Notes under the pieces: model-generated | What the model saw: the letters and a program-made list of their open reading frames with translations, nothing else | Told to the model about the DNA's origin: nothing | Databases searched by the model: none | Translations under genes and position numbers: made by a program | Origin: an uncultured Actinomycetes bacterium | Lineage (GTDB): Bacteria; Actinomycetota; UBA4738; JBBDTT01 | Direction of reading: 5' to 3' | Assembly: GCA_963742735.1 (NCBI GenBank) | Contig: CAVUMN010000001.1 | Location: forward strand, 64,001-128,000 | DNA length: 64,000 bases | In this document: positions 60,547 to 64,000 of the stretch, piece by piece | Position numbering within the stretch: the first letter of the stretch is position 1 | Layout: each line of letters starts with the position of its first letter

Positions 60547-62184
60547 GTGAACCCCAGCCGCCGAGCGCTGCTCGGAGCCCTGTTCGTCGCCCTCCTCGCC
60601 GTCGCCGGCATCGGCACCGCGGCCGCGGTCCCGCTGCTCTCCGGCGAGGGGCTCCCGGACGTGGCCTTCCTGGACACCTTCTTCGATGACGTCGGCGGCT
60701 CGGACGAGGTGGCCCGGGCCGACGTCCGCGCCCGGCTCCGACCCGACGCCGTGCTGGTGGTGGCCCACACCGCGACCTTCGAGGGCGACTCGGCCGTGGT
60801 CACGCTCCCCCGCCCGTGTCCCGCCGGGCCGATCCCCGCCTACGGCTGCGCGCGTGGGTTCAACGTGCGGGGGACAGCGCTGCCGGTCACCGAACGGGCG
60901 GCGCGGGCCGAGGTCACCGTCGATCGCGGCGCGACCATCGGCTACGAGTACCACTCCGGGGTGCGGGTCAACACCGACATCGCGGTCCTCGAATGGCCCG
61001 TGGCGCCGTCGGCGTTCGGCGGGACCCCCGCCGACGCCATCGAGGTGACGCTGACGCTGGAGCTTCCCGGGAACCCGCAGACCGGCAGGATCGAGCCGCA
61101 CCTGCACGCCGCCGCTCGGGACCGGACGGTGAGCGTCGAGCGGGGGTCGGTCGCGGGACACACCGTGGCGGGACAGTTCGTCGACGTGGAGCTGCACCTG
61201 GCGTTTCCGCCGGCACTCGTGCCGGACGCCCCCGCCATCGCTCGGTCGAACTCCGAGGGACGCACCGCGTTCGACATCACCCAGCAGGCCCGCGAGATCG
61301 CCAGCGACGCGCAGGCCGGGGCGTTCGGCGCCGGTGAGACAGCGAGCGGCGTGGTGACCAGCGTTCGCGCGGGCATCAACCGCGCGGTGGCCATCCTCGC
61401 CCTGGGGATCCCCGCGCTGCTGTGGCTCGTGGTTCTGGGGATGGCCCTCGCCCGTCTGCGGCGGCTCTCGGAGCCGCTTCCTCCGCTCGATGACGTCGAG
61501 GAGGAGCCTCCGAGCGACCACGACCCCGCCGTCGTCGCGGCCATCGTCTCGTCCGGGAAGCCGGGGACCGAGGCCGTGGCGGGCGCGATCCTGGACCTCG
61601 CCGACCGCAAGGCCATCGAGATTCACGACCTGGCCGGCGAGGCGTTCACCCTGCGGGTCACCGACGCGGCCGTCCCCGTGAGCCCCGGCGAGAGCCTGCT
61701 CCTGGAGACCCTGCGAACGTTCCAGTACGAGGCCGGCTCCGACGGGCGCATCGGCGCCCCGCCGCTGTGGAAGCGGCCGGTGGGGCTCTGGCGGTCGTTC
61801 CGCCGGGACGCCGTGCAGCGGGCCGAGCGCGAGGGCCTGCTGGAGGGCGTCATCTCCACGAAGCTTGCGCTCGCCGCGATCATCCTCACCGCGCTGGGGA
61901 TGGCCGTGCTGTACGCACCGGTCAACCCCGCCGCCTACTTCGGGGCCGGGGTCGTCCTGGTCATATTCGCGGTGATCGCCACGCTGCGGATCGGGTACAC
62001 CCCGACGCTGCCCGGCCGGGTCCTGCAGGCGCGATGGGCGGCGTACGCCAACCACCTCCGACGTCAGCCGTCGGTGACCGGCTCGCCGCCGGCGGGCGTG
62101 GTGGTCCACGGGAAGGCCCTCGTCTACGGGGCGGTGCTCGGGGTCGCTCCCGAGGCGGTCAGGCTGCTCGCGCCCCCAGAGTAG
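60547..62184 (+). CDS. DUF2207-like membrane protein
   Basis: TATCCT 6 nt before GTG; extracellular domain, TM, EEPPSDHDPAVV, ILDLADR, LVYGAVLGVA. Confidence 0.7.
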   Translation: MNPSRRALLGALFVALLAVAGIGTAAAVPLLSGEGLPDVAFLDTFFDDVGGSDEVARADVRARLRPDAVLVVAHTATFEGDSAVVTLPRPCPAGPIPAYGCARGFNVRGTALPVTERAARAEVTVDRGATIGYEYHSGVRVNTDIAVLEWPVAPSAFGGTPADAIEVTLTLELPGNPQTGRIEPHLHAAARDRTVSVERGSVAGHTVAGQFVDVELHLAFPPALVPDAPAIARSNSEGRTAFDITQQAREIASDAQAGAFGAGETASGVVTSVRAGINRAVAILALGIPALLWLVVLGMALARLRRLSEPLPPLDDVEEEPPSDHDPAVVAAIVSSGKPGTEAVAGAILDLADRKAIEIHDLAGEAFTLRVTDAAVPVSPGESLLLETLRTFQYEAGSDGRIGAPPLWKRPVGLWRSFRRDAVQRAEREGLLEGVISTKLALAAIILTALGMAVLYAPVNPAAYFGAGVVLVIFAVIATLRIGYTPTLPGRVLQARWAAYANHLRRQPSVTGSPPAGVVVHGKALVYGAVLGVAPEAVRLLAPPE

Positions 62185-62193
62185 ACCCGGCGC

Positions 62194-64000
62194 TCAGTGG
62201 CCGGCCGGGGCCGCCTCGGCCCAGTTCGTCCCCGACCCCAGGTCGGCGCGCAGGGGCACCCGCAGCTCGTAGGCGCCCTCCATCTCCGTCTTGACGAGCT
62301 CGCTCGCCAAGTCCAGGACACCCTCCTGAGCCTCGAACACCAGCTCGTCGTGGACGGTCATCACCATCCGGACCGGCAGCCCCGCCACGTCGAGCGCCGC
62401 GTCCACCTTGATCATCGCCAGCTTCATGATGTCCGCCGCGGTCCCCTGGATCGGCGCGTTCAGCGCCATCCGCCGGCCCATGTCACGCATCCGTGGGTTC
62501 GGTGACTGCAGCTCCGGCAGGTACCGCCGGCGTCCCAGGATCGTCGCGGTGAACCCCTCGACCGTGGCCTGGCCCACCTGCCGGTCGAGGAACTCGCGGA
62601 CCTTCGGGAACCCCGCGAAGTACGCGTCGATGAACTCCTGCGCCTCGTCGGGAGCCGTCCCCAGACGCTGCGCGAGCCCGTAGGCGCTCATCCCGTAGGC
62701 GAGCCCGTAGTTCACCATCTTGGCCCGCCGTCGCCACTCCGGATCGACCTTGTCCTCGGGCAGCCCGGCGATCTTCGCCGCCGTGGCCGTGTGGATGTCG
62801 GTGTCGCTGGCGAATGCCTCGGCGAGGTTCTCGTCGCCGGACAGGTGGGCCAGCACCCGCAGCTCGATCTGGGAGTAGTCGGCCACCAGCAGGACGTCGC
62901 CCTCCCGTCCCGGGACGAACGCCCGCCGGATCTGTCGTCCGAGGTCGCCCCGGACCGGGATGTTCTGCAGGTTGGGGTTCATCGACGACAGCCGCCCGGT
63001 CGCGGCCGAGGTCTGGACGTAGGTCGTGTGGACGCGGCCGTCGCGCGGGTCGACCAGCGGCGGCAGGGCGTCGAGGTACGTCGACTTCAGCTTCGAGAGC
63101 TCCCGGTACTCGAGCAGCGCCTCGATGATCGGATGCTGGTCCCGGAGCTTCTCCAGGACGGTGGCGTCGGTGGACAGCGCCCCCTTCGACGTCTTCTTCC
63201 CCGGCGACAGCCGCAGCTTCTCGTACAGGACGACACGCAGCTGGGGGGGCGAGCCGAGGTTGAACGGCTCTCCGGCATGCCGGTAGATCTCCTGCTCGAG
63301 CGTGGCCATCCGGTCGCCGAGCGACTCCGACATCTCCCCGAGGTAGGGGACGTCGATCGCGACGCCCGCGGCCTGAACCTTCGCGAGGACCCGCGCGAGC
63401 GGGAGCTCCACATCGTCCAGGAGCTCCTTCAGTCCGGCCCGCTCCACACGCTCGGCCAGCACCGGCGCCAGGAGCCCGACGGCCGCGGCCTCCGCCGCCA
63501 GCGGCCGCCAGTCCTCCGCGAACAGCTGTCCCTCACCGCCCTCGGCGGGCTCGGCGCCGGCGGTCACGTCCACGCCCAGGTACTGCTCGCACAGGGCCCC
63601 GAGCTCGTAGCCGGCCTCGGCGGGGTCGAGCACGTAGGCCGCGAGGAGCGTGTCGAAGGCCACCCCGTCCGGATGGATCCCGGCGGCCTCGAGCGCGGTG
63701 GCGAGCTCCTTCGCGTCGTGGACCCACTTCGGTCGCGCGGGGTCCTCCAGGAACGCCCGGACCGGGTCCGCGACCGAGGCGAGATGGGCGGCCTGTCCGC
63801 CTCCGGCCGAGATCGCCAGTGAGGCGATCGAGCCGGACGTGCCGCGGACCGCGACCGCCTTCGGCGCGTCGCCGGCCACGAGCTTCGTGACGTCCTTGGG
63901 GCCGGCCTCGCGCAGGTCCAGATCGGCCGCTTCCATCGCCGGCTTCGCGACCCGGCCGAGGTCCTCCAGACGCTCCAGCAGGCTGCGGAACTCCAGCGAG
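62194..64000 (-). CDS. polA: DNA polymerase I (5' part beyond window)
   Basis: TGRLSS.NPNLQNIP, ADYSQIELRVLAH, RRAKMVNYG, NAPIQGTAAD, VHDE. Confidence 0.97.
   Translation of the reverse strand, partial: SLEFRSLLERLEDLGRVAKPAMEAADLDLREAGPKDVTKLVAGDAPKAVAVRGTSGSIASLAISAGGGQAAHLASVADPVRAFLEDPARPKWVHDAKELATALEAAGIHPDGVAFDTLLAAYVLDPAEAGYELGALCEQYLGVDVTAGAEPAEGGEGQLFAEDWRPLAAEAAAVGLLAPVLAERVERAGLKELLDDVELPLARVLAKVQAAGVAIDVPYLGEMSESLGDRMATLEQEIYRHAGEPFNLGSPPQLRVVLYEKLRLSPGKKTSKGALSTDATVLEKLRDQHPIIEALLEYRELSKLKSTYLDALPPLVDPRDGRVHTTYVQTSAATGRLSSMNPNLQNIPVRGDLGRQIRRAFVPGREGDVLLVADYSQIELRVLAHLSGDENLAEAFASDTDIHTATAAKIAGLPEDKVDPEWRRRAKMVNYGLAYGMSAYGLAQRLGTAPDEAQEFIDAYFAGFPKVREFLDRQVGQATVEGFTATILGRRRYLPELQSPNPRMRDMGRRMALNAPIQGTAADIMKLAMIKVDAALDVAGLPVRMVMTVHDELVFEAQEGVLDLASELVKTEMEGAYELRVPLRADLGSGTNWAEAAPAGH

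Noticed and set aside
56532-60552. TAnnnT hexamers 6-9 nt before the HAD, GH-like, coaE and DUF2207 starts
   Set aside because: Probably real leaderless promoters, but these are ordinary in Actinobacteria.

Overview
High-GC actinobacterial chromosome segment. Positions 1-54.4 kb form a steroid/sterol side-chain catabolism island. It contains a KstR-like TetR repressor (50715-51341), six KstR-type operators read directly from the intergenic DNA, and homologues of igr (fadE29, chsH2, fadE28, chsH1, ltp2), ltp3/ltp4 with DUF35 partners, fadD19, echA19, fadA5, a chsB1-like SDR and a CYP125-like P450. It also has F420-dependent LLM enzymes, extra acyl-CoA dehydrogenases/ligases of unassigned substrate, and two secreted hydrolases. 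No mce4/yrbE uptake genes and no ring-opening genes (kstD, kshAB, hsa) are in the window. Instead there are two branched-chain-type (HAAT) ABC importers. One carries an internal acyl-CoA ligase. The other lies downstream of a KstR box and is translationally coupled to a surface-anchored secreted protein and a membrane protein with an H/C Zn-finger-like tail; this is the best candidate for an undescribed, Mce4-independent steroid uptake system. Positions 54.4-64 kb are housekeeping (ABC-2 exporter, DUF2203, HAD, coaE, rpsA, DUF2207, polA). Four genes are frameshifted, probably by assembly indels. All family calls come from recalled motifs, not from database searches.
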